64,000 nt of DNA from NCBI RefSeq assembly GCF_009914755.1, contig NC_060925.1. One strand, 5' to 3'. The DNA is from the human T2T-CHM13v2.0 reference genome, Homo sapiens. The position numbers were made by a program, and so were the translations under genes. Below are positions 1-17,045 of the stretch, piece by piece. The first letter of the stretch is position 1. The number at the start of each line of letters is the position of its first letter. The notes under the pieces are model-generated. The model did not search any database. It was not told the origin of the DNA and saw only the letters and a program-made list of their open reading frames with translations.

Positions 1-29
1 CCCACATGTCAGTGAGTTCTTAGGGTCAG

Positions 30-220
30 GCAACTAGAATTCTAGACTGTTCATGTTGGAATGGACCTTAGAAATATCTAAGTCACTCTTCCTCACTTTA
101 CAGATGAGGAAACTGGGAGTCAAAGCAGGTGAGTGATTTGCCCATGCTCCACATTTAGCTAATAGTTAAGCTAGGACGAGGACCCAGGGCTACCTGTCTC
201 CCAATCCCAGGTGACTTCTA
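30..220 (-). mobile_element. MIR fragment
   Basis: Core 'ttacagatgaggaaactg...aggtgagtgatttgccca'. Confidence 0.7.
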
Positions 221-739
221 CCTGGGCCCTCAGGGAGCAATGTGCTGAAGTGACCTTTATCTAAAAATCACATATATCCATGCAGCCTCATGCTTTCCTT
301 TCTGCAACCAACTTCCAATGTATATTTATGGGGATGAGATGTAATTGAGATTTGAGGGACAGCCTGAGGCCAAAGAATGGAGTCAGACGAATAGGATATA
401 CAGTGCTCACACCTAGTCTCATGCTAAATGAGGAAGGCTGGAGCTAGAAGCCCTGCGGGCCAACTTACCCCCACCCAGAAACTGAAGCACCAGGGATGCT
501 TTGGTTCCCTTCTGCACCAGGTTGTGCCTTTATCACCGCTCCCTTGTCTTCCACCAAGGCTGCTATGTGTTAATTCACCTACACATATTTCCAAATTGGA
601 AACTCATTTTTGTTTCCCTGGCTTCTCGTCATTCGTGTTCCCAGAGATGTGCTGAGAAGGTTTATGTGGCCTCATCTGTTAACGAGAAGGTGATGCTAGT
701 TTCAGGTTTGTGAAACCAGGCCTGAGGTACTAGTGTTGT

Positions 740-762
740 GATGTGTGTGTATGTGTGTGTGT
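740..762. repeat. Imperfect (GT)n microsatellite
   Basis: gatgtgtgtgtatgtgtgtgtgt. Confidence 0.8.
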
Positions 763-1069
763 AGGTGGGTGGCGCGGGGGTGTAGTGTGTGTTAGATAGC
801 CTGAACAGGCCTTGAGAAAAAGATAAAAGGCCGGCAAAAGACCTCTCTGGTTGAATTTATCTTAAGTGAGCAATGCTAGAAGCTGCCCAGATTGGCTCTT
901 TCTTGCTTGTGTGTTTGTTTTTTAAGTCTAGGCTGACGCCTGAGAGTGGCCTTTGGCATCCTTCCTGCCAGTAAAAGAGCCTTTCTCTGGGTAAAACAGA
1001 AACTCATCTGCCCCTTGAGCCCTCTTGGTTGTGCCAAATAGGGAAAAAGAGAATGCAAAACTCAAAGAA

Positions 1070-1690
<621 letters not shown>

Positions 1691-3093
1691 TGGAGTGTGA
1701 GACTCAAGGAATGTCAGGGCAGAGGAAACCCAGATTCATGGACCAGCCACGAATGGGCTACAGAGACCCGTGAATCCCCTGAAATTGCATCCCAAACTTA
1801 ATGTGTGAAGACAAAAGTACATTTGCAAAATGAAAAATGTTTTCTATTATCAGATGCTCAAAAGACTCTGTGACCAGTTCTAGAAAAGACTAAGAATGGT
1901 GGATTTAATCTAATCTTGTACAAATGAGGAAACTGAGGTTTAGGGAGATAAAGTGATGGGAGGAAACATGTTTGAAAAGACTATTAGCAGACCTAACCAG
2001 GCTTTGCCTACTCGCTGGACGAGCATGGTCAGAGTTTTGGGTTCTCTGAACTGCAGTCTTCTCACCTATCACTGATCGCTGCCTTAAGGGCTGTTAGGAA
2101 GAGTAAGAGAATATATGTAAAGTACCTAGCATAGTGTCAAACACACAGAATGTGATTAATAAATGCTGGAACTTCTGTCCTCTTCCTCAGTTTTGTATAT
2201 TGTGCTGTGATAATGGCAGACTTCATTAGTCTTTCCATTATTCTATACTGTCCTTTATATTTTAGTTTAATCATTTCATTAATTAATTATTTAACTTAAT
2301 TACTATACTGTAAAAATATTTCATTTTCTTTGAGGGCAGACTTCACCTAATTCCTGGGCTTTGTATCTTGGGATAAAAGGGTTCCAAATACATCTACTGC
2401 ATCATCACCTTTCCATCCAAAGTAGCCAGGTGAATTCCCGGTTCATACCCTAAAACTTTGCCTTCACCCTGTTGTTTTGCATTCTGAGGCCTAGATTCCT
2501 AGTTGTAAAAGGCAGTCAGAGGAGCTAAAAGTAATGCAAGAAAAAACAAAGCTCCACTTTTTTTCTGTTGTCAGTAGGGATAGAGGCCCAGGGAGACCTA
2601 GTCTCCTTGAGTCTAAACTTTGGGGCCAGGAGCATGATCATGGGACTCCAGGAAGAGCTTCACACAAAGTCCCTTTTCTGGACCTCTCAGTTTTCACAAC
2701 CACCTGCAGAGCTCAGTTTTGCTCAGGGCTCTCGTGTGGAAAGACTAAGAGTCTACAGAAGAACAACAGTGTTGGCAGGAGCAGACAAGGAGACAGGGAC
2801 CCTGCTTACCATGGAAACTGGGCGCACTGGGGCCATTAGGTCCGTGCATCACTGCTGCTTCACATATTTGCTTATTAATGTTTTGCTCTGAAAGCTGACA
2901 AGAACTCTAGGGGCTTCAAGCCCATAAGATCAAGACATACAATATAGCGATATAAGTATGTAAGAAACATAGATTGATACAGATATAAAATAGGAAAAGG
3001 ATATGAAACAAATATAATATATATGATAAAAATTATAAATATTATAATAAATATATTATAAATATTATAATATTTAATATTATTAATACATTA

Positions 3094-3538
3094 AAATATA
3101 AACATATATTTATATTTTGTAAATATAAACATATATTTATATTTTGTAAATATAAACATATATTTATATTTTGTAAATATAAACATATATTTATATTTTG
3201 TAAATATAAACATATATTTATATTTTGTAAATATAGACATATATTTATATTTTGTAAATATAGACATATATTTATATTTTGTAAATATAGACATATATTT
3301 ATATTTTGTAAATATAGACATATATTTATATTTTGTAAATATAGACATATATTTATATTTTGTAAATATAGACATATATTTATATTTTGTAAATATAGAC
3401 ATATATTTATATTTTGTAAATATAGACATATATTTATATTTTGTAAATATAGACATATATTTATATTTTGTAAATATAGACATATATTTATATTTTGTAA
3501 ATATAAACATATATTTATATTTTGTAAATATAAACATA
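3094..3538. repeat. AT-rich 27-bp minisatellite, ~16.5 copies
   Basis: Unit AAATATA(A/G)ACATATATTTATATTTTGT: 5 A-type, 10 G-type, 1.5 A-type. Confidence 0.97.
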
Positions 3539-3769
3539 AATATAAATATATATATAAAATATGTATAAAAATAAACATAATAAATATTATAATAAATATA
3601 CACACATATATATGTGAGTATATTTATGTATGTATTTATATATAGATATATCTATATTTATGTGTGTATATTTATGTAAGTATATTTATGTATGTATTTA
3701 TGTATATATAGATATATCTATATGTTCACATGTTACATGTTATATAGATATATCTATCTATATATAGAG

Positions 3770-4218
3770 TTAAAAATAAATAAATAAATAAATAAAAATA
3801 AAAATAAAAATAAAAATAAATAAATAAATACAGAGAAGCCTGGGAGTTTCCTTGACTTCCTTTTTCCCCCTCCCTCTTCTTATTCATCAAACATTTGTTG
3901 ATTGCCTATATAAGCCAAGCACTGTAATAGGTGCTGGTCATGACGACACAACAGATTATCACTACACCAGAGACAAAGACCAAAGTCATAAAAACCTCTG
4001 AAGCAGGAAGAAAAAAAAAGTTGCATAAATTTTTTTAACAACTCATCACCTCCCACTTAGGCTCATAAAAAAACCTCACTGATTTTAGTGTCTTAACTTC
4101 TACTTTACTGTGTATGTGTCCAAACTACTGAAAAATTCTGTGAGGGCTATCTTGCCACATCCATACTCTTCAGAGACCCACAGGCCAGGACCAAGAGCTA
4201 AGTCGACAATCACACTAT
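3770..4218 (+). repeat. Inverted duplication, arm 1
   Basis: Reverse complement of 5595-6027; 4 substitutions plus a (TAAA/TAAAAA)n length difference. Confidence 0.97.
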
Positions 4219-4520
4219 ATATATCTATATATATATATATATAGATATAATCACACTATATATATCTATATATATATAGATATAATCACACTATATATAT
4301 CTATATATATCTATATATAGATATAATCACACTATATATATCTATATATAGATATAATCACACTATATATATCTATATATAGATATAATCACACTATATA
4401 TATCTATATATAGATATATCTATATAAATATATAGATAGATATCTCTTTATATATATATAGATAGATATATCTTTATATATATATAGATAGATATATCTT
4501 TATATATATACATACATAGT
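4208..4520. repeat. (TA)-rich array with six AATCACACTAT-headed palindromic units
   Basis: AATCACACTAT at 4208, 4249, 4284, 4325, 4356, 4387. Confidence 0.93.
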
Positions 4521-5545
4521 CCATAAATATGTACATAAATATGTTCACATTTTACCCAATCAGGTCAAATCTCCAATGTCATGCTAGTTGAGATACTGAA
4601 GGTATGAGAGTTAGCTGGAGCTGAAAGAATTTGCCAGGCCAGGTAAAAAGAGGAAGGGAAAGCTTTTGAGCTGAAGAAAAGGCACAGAGGCACAAATAGA
4701 AAAACAAGAGTGAGGATAGTGATTATTGAGGGGTCATGAAGGCAAAGGTGGGGTTAGGATGGCACCAAAAGTAGGAACCATATAATCTTGGGATCCTCAG
4801 TATATGACAAATGTTTTATGATCAAAGGCCTTGTCTTCACCTGGTGTTAACATAATGCTATGCCATGCTGTCTTTCCCAGAGTGCAGGTTCCTTTTGCTA
4901 TCACATTTCAACAAATCCTGGGACAAGCACATTCTAAAAATTAGACAAGCAATAATCCTCCCTGGGCTCTCTGTCCAGATTCTTCCCCAACTTGGTGATT
5001 CTTGACCCTAGTGATCACATGATAAACAGGGTGTGTGTGCTGGTAGCAGGGTGTGATGACCACGTGATACGGTTACTAGACAGACTGTGACAATGGAGAT
5101 CAAGAGATCTAGATTCTAGTTCCAGCTCTGTCACTATCTAGCTTTGTGACTTTAGGTAAATCTCTGCACCTCACTTTGCTCATTTATAACATGGGGTCCA
5201 TAAACTTTGCTCTCTGAACTTCATAGGGTTACTGCAGGGGATTGAAAGAGATAATGGAAATAAATGGGCTTTGGAAAATTACATGCAAATATCAAAGACT
5301 GTGATTTGTTACTTTTGGAAGAAAAGAAAATGAAAATAAACACTATGAAACAACAGTTTCTATCAAGCAGATGATGCAGGAGGAAGAAAGAGAAAAAAAC
5401 TCCATTAGTGATCATTAAGGTCCCTTGTGGTCCCCAAGACCGACTCAAGTTGCTTTTGGGGAATGGGGCTTCTAACAGTCCTGAACTCTGGCCACCCTAA
5501 CTCTAAAGGGATGCAGGACCCTGTGCTCAAGCCAAGCATATCCAT

Positions 5546-5547
<2 letters not shown>

Positions 5548-5584
<37 letters not shown>
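5548..5584. repeat. (TA)n plus poly-T tract
   Basis: Direct reading. Confidence 0.9.
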
Positions 5585-5594
5585 CCTTGGGAGA

Positions 5595-6304
<710 letters not shown>

Positions 6305-9300
6305 TTTTTTTTTTTTTTTTGCAAAAAAAAAAAAAAAAATCTAAATGATGCCATGTGAGACTTGATCTCAGAAAGATGTTGGGAAGCTGGGAAGGAACCC
6401 ATAGGAATATCATCCCTTTAAATGATGAGATGCTGAGTATGGTGTGAGTAAATTAGAAGGAAGATAATGAACCGAGGCCATTTCAGCTGAAGCTACCAAA
6501 GTGCAGCACCGGGTCCAGCCTTCTAGTGTTAGAGAACTGGGAGAGCCCATCTCCTTGCAGAGGTAGAGCAGCCCGGGACTGCAGGGGAGGGTGAGGCCTT
6601 CATGCTTGTTCCTAAATGCCTAAGGTCTTCGTTTAGGCTACAAGCGGAGCATTTTGATTGTTATACATAAAGGAAAATGTGGTTAAATTTAATTCAAATA
6701 TATGTAAATATCTTATGATTGGCATTTCAAGGGAGGAAGTCAGATTCAATCTTTTGGCTACTGTAACCTATATTAAAGATAGGAAGTATGCAATGATGTG
6801 TACTGTCTATGTACAGGTATTGCTAACTTGAGAAATGTATTGGCATGGGAGGAGCCCTGGGCTTGCCCATAGGACAAATCCACCTCGAAAGCAGAGCAGA
6901 GTGTCTTCATTCTGGGTAGCTGGTAGGATGTAAGCCTGAATTCTTGGTCTTCCAGTGCTTCTTAAAAACTCCCACGTGCTCTCTTTCCTCACCAGGTCCT
7001 GAACTCTAATCTGTGTCCTGTCCGACTCTCAAAAAATCAGCTCAGCTCTTCAGAGGGCTTCTCCTTACATTCCCCCTCCACACAGCCCCAGCATTTGGCA
7101 CATGTGCTGAGTGAGATACACTGCATGCTCGAGGGATACCAGGTCTCCCTCAAAAACTCTGCTAATTTTGTCCCGTAGAGACCGTCTGCTAGTGCCAAAC
7201 CCGGAGTCGGCCTCCTGCCCCTGCTCCAAATGGGCAAATGGCTGAAAGTGGCTACAGAAGTTCCCTCACCTCTCTGAGATTCTCCCTTCTCTGAAGTCTT
7301 GGTCTCTGCATTCTCATTGCCTCAGAAACAATCAGATTCCTTCAAGTAGATGATTTATGAATTTTATTTAGCTCTTCCAGTTACTTTTAGAGGGAGCACT
7401 AATTACTGCACACTACTCCATCCCACCTAGAAACAGAGATATTAATAAAAAGTGAATTTATACTTTATTGCCACTGTGATTCATGTTAACTAATCATGTT
7501 TTACTTTTTGACTTGACTTCTAGGAAGCTCAGAGCCAAAGTTGAAACCCATCATCAGCCAGTGGTATAGAACCAAATGTAATACTCTTTCTGTATTAACC
7601 TTAGCTCTAGCTTATCTAATTGTTCCTATTTTCTTTTTCCTTTATCCAAATTTCTTCACTTATTTATTTATTTATTTTTATCTTATGCAACTTTGGAAGC
7701 CGACTCCAAACTTTACTGAGTGAGTCAAAGTAAAAATAATTAAAAATAAATAATACCTAACTTTATTGAATATTAGTGCTCTAAGTGCTTGACATAATTA
7801 ACTCATATATTCCTTATGGCATTCCTATAAACAAGTGCAATTACTACCATGAAATTGAGAGGCTGAAAGCTTAAGTAACCTTTCTAAGGTCATAAAACCT
7901 TTTAATTGTTTAAGGAAGAGTGAATGTACTATTTTAAACAAATAGTTCTCTCTTCTCCTCTTAGATATCATTTATTGAGCCCCATTACATTCTATAAAGT
8001 ATGCTAACTTCTTTGTATACATTATGTTAACCTTGGCTTGGCAGGATTATGAAAGATGAAGAAACCGAAGTTCATAGAGGTTTGGTAACTGGTAGTGGGG
8101 TCCCATAATTCAGAAGTGGCAGAGCCAAGTCTTAATATAAACTTTCCATGATTCCAAACCGTGGCCTCAGTTTTCTTCTTCACTCCTGATCTGCATAGCT
8201 ACCCAGTTTCCTCTTCAGCTTACCTTCTTGTTGGGGAAAGGAGATACTATTTACTATGAAAGTTTCACTGTCTTTGTTAACCAGGAAGAAGAATTCATTA
8301 TCTGATCCCTATGTTAGTATCCTGAAACCCACTACAGCTTGGGGACTGCTCTCCTGGGGCTCTGCAAGAATTGTTTCTGGAAAGTATTTTGGGCTTCCAG
8401 GAAAACTGCAATCCTAAAGGTCTATTCCTAAGGGGAATTTCAACTTGTGCAAGAGGTCTGGGTGACCATTATACCCAAAGAATAGCCCTGTAGGCTGAAG
8501 AAAGAAACCCAAATAATCTTTCTTGGCCCCCCTGTGGAATCCCATTGTGTCAATATTTATCTGCACAAAGGACCAGTCTGAAACAGCCTGCTCTGTGAAG
8601 CTTGTGGGAAGCAGGGCCTCAGTGACAGTTTCTTTAAGTGGACTACCTTGTCCTTTCAGAAACTGGAAGAACTAGACCATGGTAGCCTAGGGTTGGAGGA
8701 GGAAGAACCAGGGATCAGGAGACCTGAATTTCAGTCCTGGTTACCCTAGCCCTCTGTGTGAACTTGAGTAAGTCACTTCACCTTTCTGGGCCTCAGAGGT
8801 TCTGATATTTAACACGGAGACATTAGAGGGATTGGCTTCTTAAATTTGCTTCTGGGCTCCAACGTTTTATGATTGCAGATGTCCCTTTAGATTGTAGACT
8901 GGCTTGAGACCGCTGACCCCAATAATGCCCCTCAGTCAGTCTTGTCTGGGCCCAGAGAGGCCCAGGTGTCAGGTCTCTGCACCTCAGGCCTCATGTGGGC
9001 CATGTGTGTGTTTTCCTGGAAGCTGCATATAGGACACTCATTGACGGGGAGCCCGTGGTCTGGAGCTAGTAGTGAGATGGTAAACATTATGGAACAAGCA
9101 GCCCTTTCAGGCTCTCAGCCTTGGCAGGATAGTATGAAAAATAATTCTTGGGAAGCTGGGGACTGGTGGCAGCTGCTTCTCCTCAGCCTGCCTGCCAGGC
9201 CCTACCAGAGCTTGGAGGGCTGGAGCTCCCTGCTGGGCCTGCCACAGCCTGTGCTGGTAGTTTTCCACTCTGGGAAACTGGAAAAGTGAATTGGCTTCTC

Positions 9301-10619
9301 TGTCCGGGAGATTGGTGGGTAGCGGAAGCATCAGAAAACCGCTAAGACAACTCAGCAGGAAAAACCAGGAGACACTTCTTTGCTGCAGGGTCTCTTGCTT
9401 CCCTTGCCATTCCCAGCTTTTTCATGCTTCTTTACAGTTCATGATAGAACAAAGACAGACTGGTGGGATTTGATGAACGAGGAAGTGGAACTGGGGGAAA
9501 GCAAGGAGACCTGACATTTAGGGCTTGGGCCAACTTGGCAGTTCTGAGTCTTGACTATTGGCTGAGATCCCTTCCACAGAAGGAGTTTACCCAAAATAGG
9601 CACATTCAATGGGAAAACCACACTGGTACAGCTGAGAAGTGCCACGTTGGTTGCCCTGGGCTTTTCCTGGTTCCAAAGATTCAGTAGGATGAGAAAGGTC
9701 ATCCAAGATCATCTTGTCCATTTTCCTGTGCCTTTTCTCTAAGGCCCTTGGGCATACTGAGTCACTGAGAAACTTTGCCTATTTTCTTAATGTGACTATT
9801 GCTGATTTACTAAGTTCTTATCTCTGAATTGTCTATCCTCATCCTTATATTACTTTGTCACAATTTCTAGACCTCCATCCTAACTTTCGTTGTCTGGAGA
9901 TTGTGTGCAATACTTGTAGCCCTCTCTGCCTTTTCATCTACTTATTTATTTGCCAAACGTGTGTTAAGCATCTCATGGGTGCTGTGTGTTGGCAGGTACT
10001 GAGGGGGAAAAGGAAGAATCTGACATGATTACTATTCTCAAAGTTGCTCACAATTTCAACAAGGAGGTAACCAAGCACAAGAGTAACAGAAAATCTCCGT
10101 TGGAGTTTGTTACTTAATAGAGCTCGCCTACACACCATCATCACTTTAATCCCATGCCACGTTTTAGTATTTTCCATAGCTTCGTCACATTATCTGAATA
10201 GAAAGAGCCAGTAATAGCTACTGTCAAATACATAATCAAATTGTGCCTATTTGATTATGAAAAATCTATTTTCTTTTTTCTGTCTCCCCTACCGGAATGT
10301 AAGATCCATGAGACAAATTATTTTATCTGTCTTGCTTACTACTGTATCTTCAGAAGAACACCCGATACACAGCAAAAACTTATTTATTAAATAAATACAT
10401 ACACATTTGTAAAAGAAATACATTTGTGAACTCAATACATGCAGGTAAAGATAGGTTGCAATAAAATATGTCATGACTCAGACTTACAAGGAAGTTTCCT
10501 GTATCTCCTGTCTGCTAAAACACCATTAGCCAAGGCTACCCTTGACCAAACTCCCAGGACTTTGTTTTTAAGCCTTGTAAAGTGATGAACAACAGAAAAC
10601 ACTTCCTTTATCACTTTTC

Positions 10620-11340
10620 AATAGACGTTTATTGAGCACTTGGTTAATGCCAGACATCCTACTAGAAATTGGAGATACAACAGAGGAAGATAGATATGAT
10701 CCTTGCCCTCATAACACATGCTGTTTAGTGGGCAGACCAAAATTAAACAATTATTTACATTACAAGTCTAAAAACTGTTATGAACGAAAACCAGTTTGTT
10801 ATAAGAGCATATAATAGAAATTCCTAACTTAGCTGGGGACTTGGGGGAATTCCTTGGGGGAGTGACTGGCTGACAGCTGAAGGATGAGCAGGAGCTAGTG
10901 AGTGAAGGAGGGAGGATGCACATCCCAGGTAAAGGGAGCATCATGCACAGAGACCTTGAGGCTGGAAGATACTTTGTGCATTCAGGAACTGAAATAAGGT
11001 CAGCGTGCTTGGTAGAGAGCAAAGAACAGGGAATAGCCAGAGATGAGGCCAGAGAGTAGGCTGAGACCCAATCGTGTGGACCTCAAGGGTCACATTTTCT
11101 TAAGAAGAATGAAAACCTGTTAGAAGGTTCATGACAGAATAAAGTTTTAGGAAGCTAATTTGGGCTATTGTGTGGAGAAGGGATGATAGAGGAACAACGA
11201 AGAAGAGCTAGAAGGCATTATAGTGGCTCAGATGGGAGGTCATGGAGGTTGCGCACTGCATGGGAAGAATAGAGGAGAGAAACAGCTGGACTCAACTGCA
11301 GGAGGTAGGATTTGTAGAACTTGCTAATGGACTGGATGGT
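10620..11340 (-). mobile_element. L2 fossil
   Basis: 'tttattgagcac...gccagac...ccttgccctc' L2 3'-end motif followed by purine-rich L2 body. Confidence 0.7.
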
Positions 11341-11632
11341 TCTCAAAGGCCAAGCTTACTTCTCATTCCTTGACTGCCGCCTGTTGAGAGTAACATCTTA
11401 CCTATCATTCCTGGACTCTTCCTCTCCAAGAATTCTATTTTGGTCTCCAGGCAGAGGTTGACTCAGGGAGAGCCTTTCCAGTTTTCATCAATGTCATTGC
11501 CACTCTGCTGTCCACCACACAGTTGACCTAAACCCTCTGTATGCTGGAAGAGCTGGACGAGTCGAGGAAGAGGGGAGCGCTGACATGTGTAACAAGTTAT
11601 TTACATGAAATGAAGCCTCATGTCCTCCCCTA

Positions 11633-11836
11633 CTTCCTCTAGTTCTCAAGCTTGAGTCTGCATTAGGGTCATCTAGAGTAGTGGTTAATACACTGTTTGC
11701 TACCCCCTCCCAGCAACCCCACCAGAGTTTCTGATTCATTAGGTCAAATGGAGACTGATAATTAGCGTTGCTAATGAGTTTCCAGGTGATGCTGATGCTG
11801 CTGGTCCTGGAAGCATATTTTGAGGATCACAGCTCT
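11633..11836. mobile_element. MER5A-like hAT MITE
   Basis: 'agttctcaagcttg...ccaggtgatgctgatgctgctggtcc...ttttgag'. Confidence 0.75.
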
Positions 11837-12349
11837 AAATGGTAACTGAAATGCAATCACAATACATAGATCAAAGAGCTTTCAGGAAGGAAACTGGCAC
11901 TCCTTTGACACCACATAGCAGAGTATCCTATATGGATCTACCTCCACATCTGTTATATAGGAAAATTCCTGAATGGGTTCAGTTAGGACACAAAATATAA
12001 AGGGTTTCTATGCCTAGGAAATATAATTTAACTGAAATGTGTCATAAAAGCAGCTGCAGCAGCAGTAGCTCTGATAAAACTCCTTAGTTGCCATTCTCAG
12101 AATGAGCAGTACGTTAGAAGGAAAGTTATTTGCAACAATATCATGATTCACCTCATGTGACCCACATTCCCTATTTCTGCTTTACTTTAGATATTCCAAG
12201 AAGCAGAGGCTCTCATTGCATTCATGGCCTAGTGTTTAGAGATGCATTAAAGCCAGGGATGAAAGCCCAGTGGGACGGTCAGTGTGGCTTTCTCTGGTGC
12301 CCAGCATGGTCCTAGAGAATCATTACACGTCCAGGCTGAAGGGACCTGG

Positions 12350-12545
12350 GAGCAGTGGCTCCAGAGCCTGGCTACACAGCACAGTCACCTGGTGGACTGT
12401 AAAAATATGCAGGTTACTGGGCTCAGCTTCAGGTATACCAAAGCAAAATCTCTAACAGGAGGCTCACAAACATGTATTCTAAAACCTCTCCAGGCTTTTC
12501 TAATGCTATTGGTCCATGGACTGGCTTTGGGAATCACTGCCTTAC
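12350..12545. mobile_element. MER5-like hAT MITE
   Basis: 'cagtggctcc...tcacctgg...ctggctttgggaatcactg'. Confidence 0.55.
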
Positions 12546-13385
12546 AGAAAGCCTAATAGAACTCTCTTGCTTTCCACATGAAGAAACAGACCGAAAGAGA
12601 GCCAGGAGCTTGCTCAGATCCCACATGGTATAAGTGGTAGAACCGGGAGTGGATGCGAAGTCTTGATTTTCAAGGGTTGTGTGCTCAGTGGAATTACAGG
12701 CTTTAGAGCCAAGTTCTAAGATGAGTTAGTATTTACTCAAGGAATGGCCTTTGCAGTTAAAACTTACCTGTAGAATGTGTGATTAGTGGGAAACATGAAA
12801 TATTGGGTGGAAAATGCTTATCATATTGCCTGACACTTGGTAAATGCTTCTAAATGGATGTCATCATTACTGCATTTTACTGAATTTAAGCAACTCACGA
12901 CTCTAAGATGCATCATTACTTTATGTGCCTCTAAGAAAGAAAGAAAAACTACTGCCAGTTAAACTATGACACTATTTGCTTGCGAAGTGCATCCAGATTT
13001 CAGAGATGTCAGTACGTGAAAGAATGGGCAGTGTGGTATTTCACTTCTCTTTTCTCAACTCTATGAAGATTCTTACTTTACTGAATTAGACACTTAACAG
13101 TACATGAAAATTCCTGAAGGAGAAGTATACTTAGTGTGTTTGAGGAACAACAAGGAGGCCAGTGTGGCTGATGGGGAAAGTGGGGTAAGGACAAGGTCCA
13201 AGACAGCCAGGGGATGTCTGATTCCATGTCTTCACTATTGTGAATAGTGTGAACAGAAGAGTTTCATGATATGACTTTCATTTCTTTTATGACTACATAG
13301 TATTCCATGCTGTATATGTACCACATTTTCTTTTCTTTTCTCCTTTGCTTTTTCTTTCTTTCTTTTTTTTCGTTTCTTTTTTTTT

Positions 13386-15594
<2,209 letters not shown>

Positions 15595-15595
15595 T

Positions 15596-15869
15596 GAGAT
15601 GGAGTCTCTCTCTGTCGCCCAGGCTGGAGTGCAGTGGTGTGATCACTGCACCTCCGCCTCCCAGATTCAAGCAATTTTCCTGCTTCAGCCTCCTGAGTAA
15701 CTGGGATTACATGGGCACACCACCATGCCTGGCTAATTTTTGTATTTTTGATGGAGACAGGGTTTTACCATGTTGGCCAGTCTGGTCTCAAACTCCTGAC
15801 CTCAAGTGATCCGCCCACCTGGGCTGCCCAAAGTGCTGGGATTACAGGCGTGAGCCACCATGCCTGGCC
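15596..15869 (-). mobile_element. AluS whose tail (13334-13385) is split by the L1
   Basis: Alu body; TSD CCACATTTTCTTT at 13321-13333 and 15869-15881. Confidence 0.92.
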
Positions 15870-16659
15870 CACATTTTCTTTATCGAATCCACTATTGATG
15901 GGCACCTAGGCTGATTTAATGTCTTTGCTATTGTGAATAGTGTGAGCGGAAGAATTTCATGATTTGATTTACATTCTAAAAGATACATGGGAAAAGGTGG
16001 ACAAAGGGAGATCAGTTAGGAAATTATTGCACTATTCCTGGCAATGGAAGACAGTGAATTAGCTTATTATGATAGTAAAATATGTGAGAAGAAGTAGGTG
16101 GGATATGGGAATATTTTTAGGGTAGCCAGTAGAATCTTCTCTCAGTGGATGGACTGAATACAGGGTATTGAAGGAGTCAAGAATGGCCTCAAGATTTTTG
16201 GCTTGAGTCGTTGAAAGAATGGAACCTGAAAAAAAAAAAAAAAGACTGAAGGATGAGCTTTGGAGGGAGTCTGTATTTTACTCAATGTTATCTTTATTCC
16301 TTATTTACATCTATCTCTAAAGTTTACCTCTTTTTTTAAATAAATATTTTTAAATACCTATTTTCTCCCCAATATGCACTGAGAAATAAAAATGAATAAG
16401 ATACAGTGGCTTTATTCCCCTCAAAATTTTGCCACCTGCAGGGGAGATAGGACTCACACGTGGTACATTACAAAGCAGTATGTATCTAATAGTATAAGAA
16501 AGATATTTAAAATGTGAGAAATCAGAGAAAGGAGGCATTCATTGTAATTGGCCCTATCCTCCCCTCAAAATGCTTGCTTTTGTTGAGTACAAGTTCATTA
16601 CATTGGAAAAGGAGAATGCTAGCATAATAACTTTAACTAGTTTTTTCACTTTGGGTAAA

Positions 16660-17045
16660 CTGCCTCCTTGCTGTACCTCAAACCACCTCCACAACAAGCA
16701 TGCTTTTTCCTCAAGTTTACCTTTGCATTTGCTGTTCCCCTTGCATAAACCATCATCCCTGCAAGAGTCACCTGGTTGCTGTCTTCCTTCACTCAGGTCT
16801 CTGCTCCGAGTCACCTTATCTAAGAAGCCTACCTTGATTTCTTTATATAAAAGAATGCCTATTCCTTTTGCATACTTTTTCTTCACAGCACTTGCCATCT
16901 TCTCTCACATTATATATTTATTTGCTTTATTGGCTGTTTCCCCACATGAGAATGTAAACTCAGTGACAAAAGGCACTTTGTTTTGTTTACCACTGTATTC
17001 CCGCAAGGCCAATGAATTGCTTAACGAATTATTTAATAAATATAG
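16660..17045 (+). mobile_element. L2 fossil, 3' end
   Basis: 'ccttcactcaggtctctgctc...gaatgtaaactc...aatgaat'. Confidence 0.7.

Noticed and set aside
3042-3605. 187-aa and 170-aa repetitive ORFs; CRISPR-like periodicity
   Set aside because: Artefact of a 27-bp (9-codon) tandem repeat; no unique spacers; eukaryotic intron.
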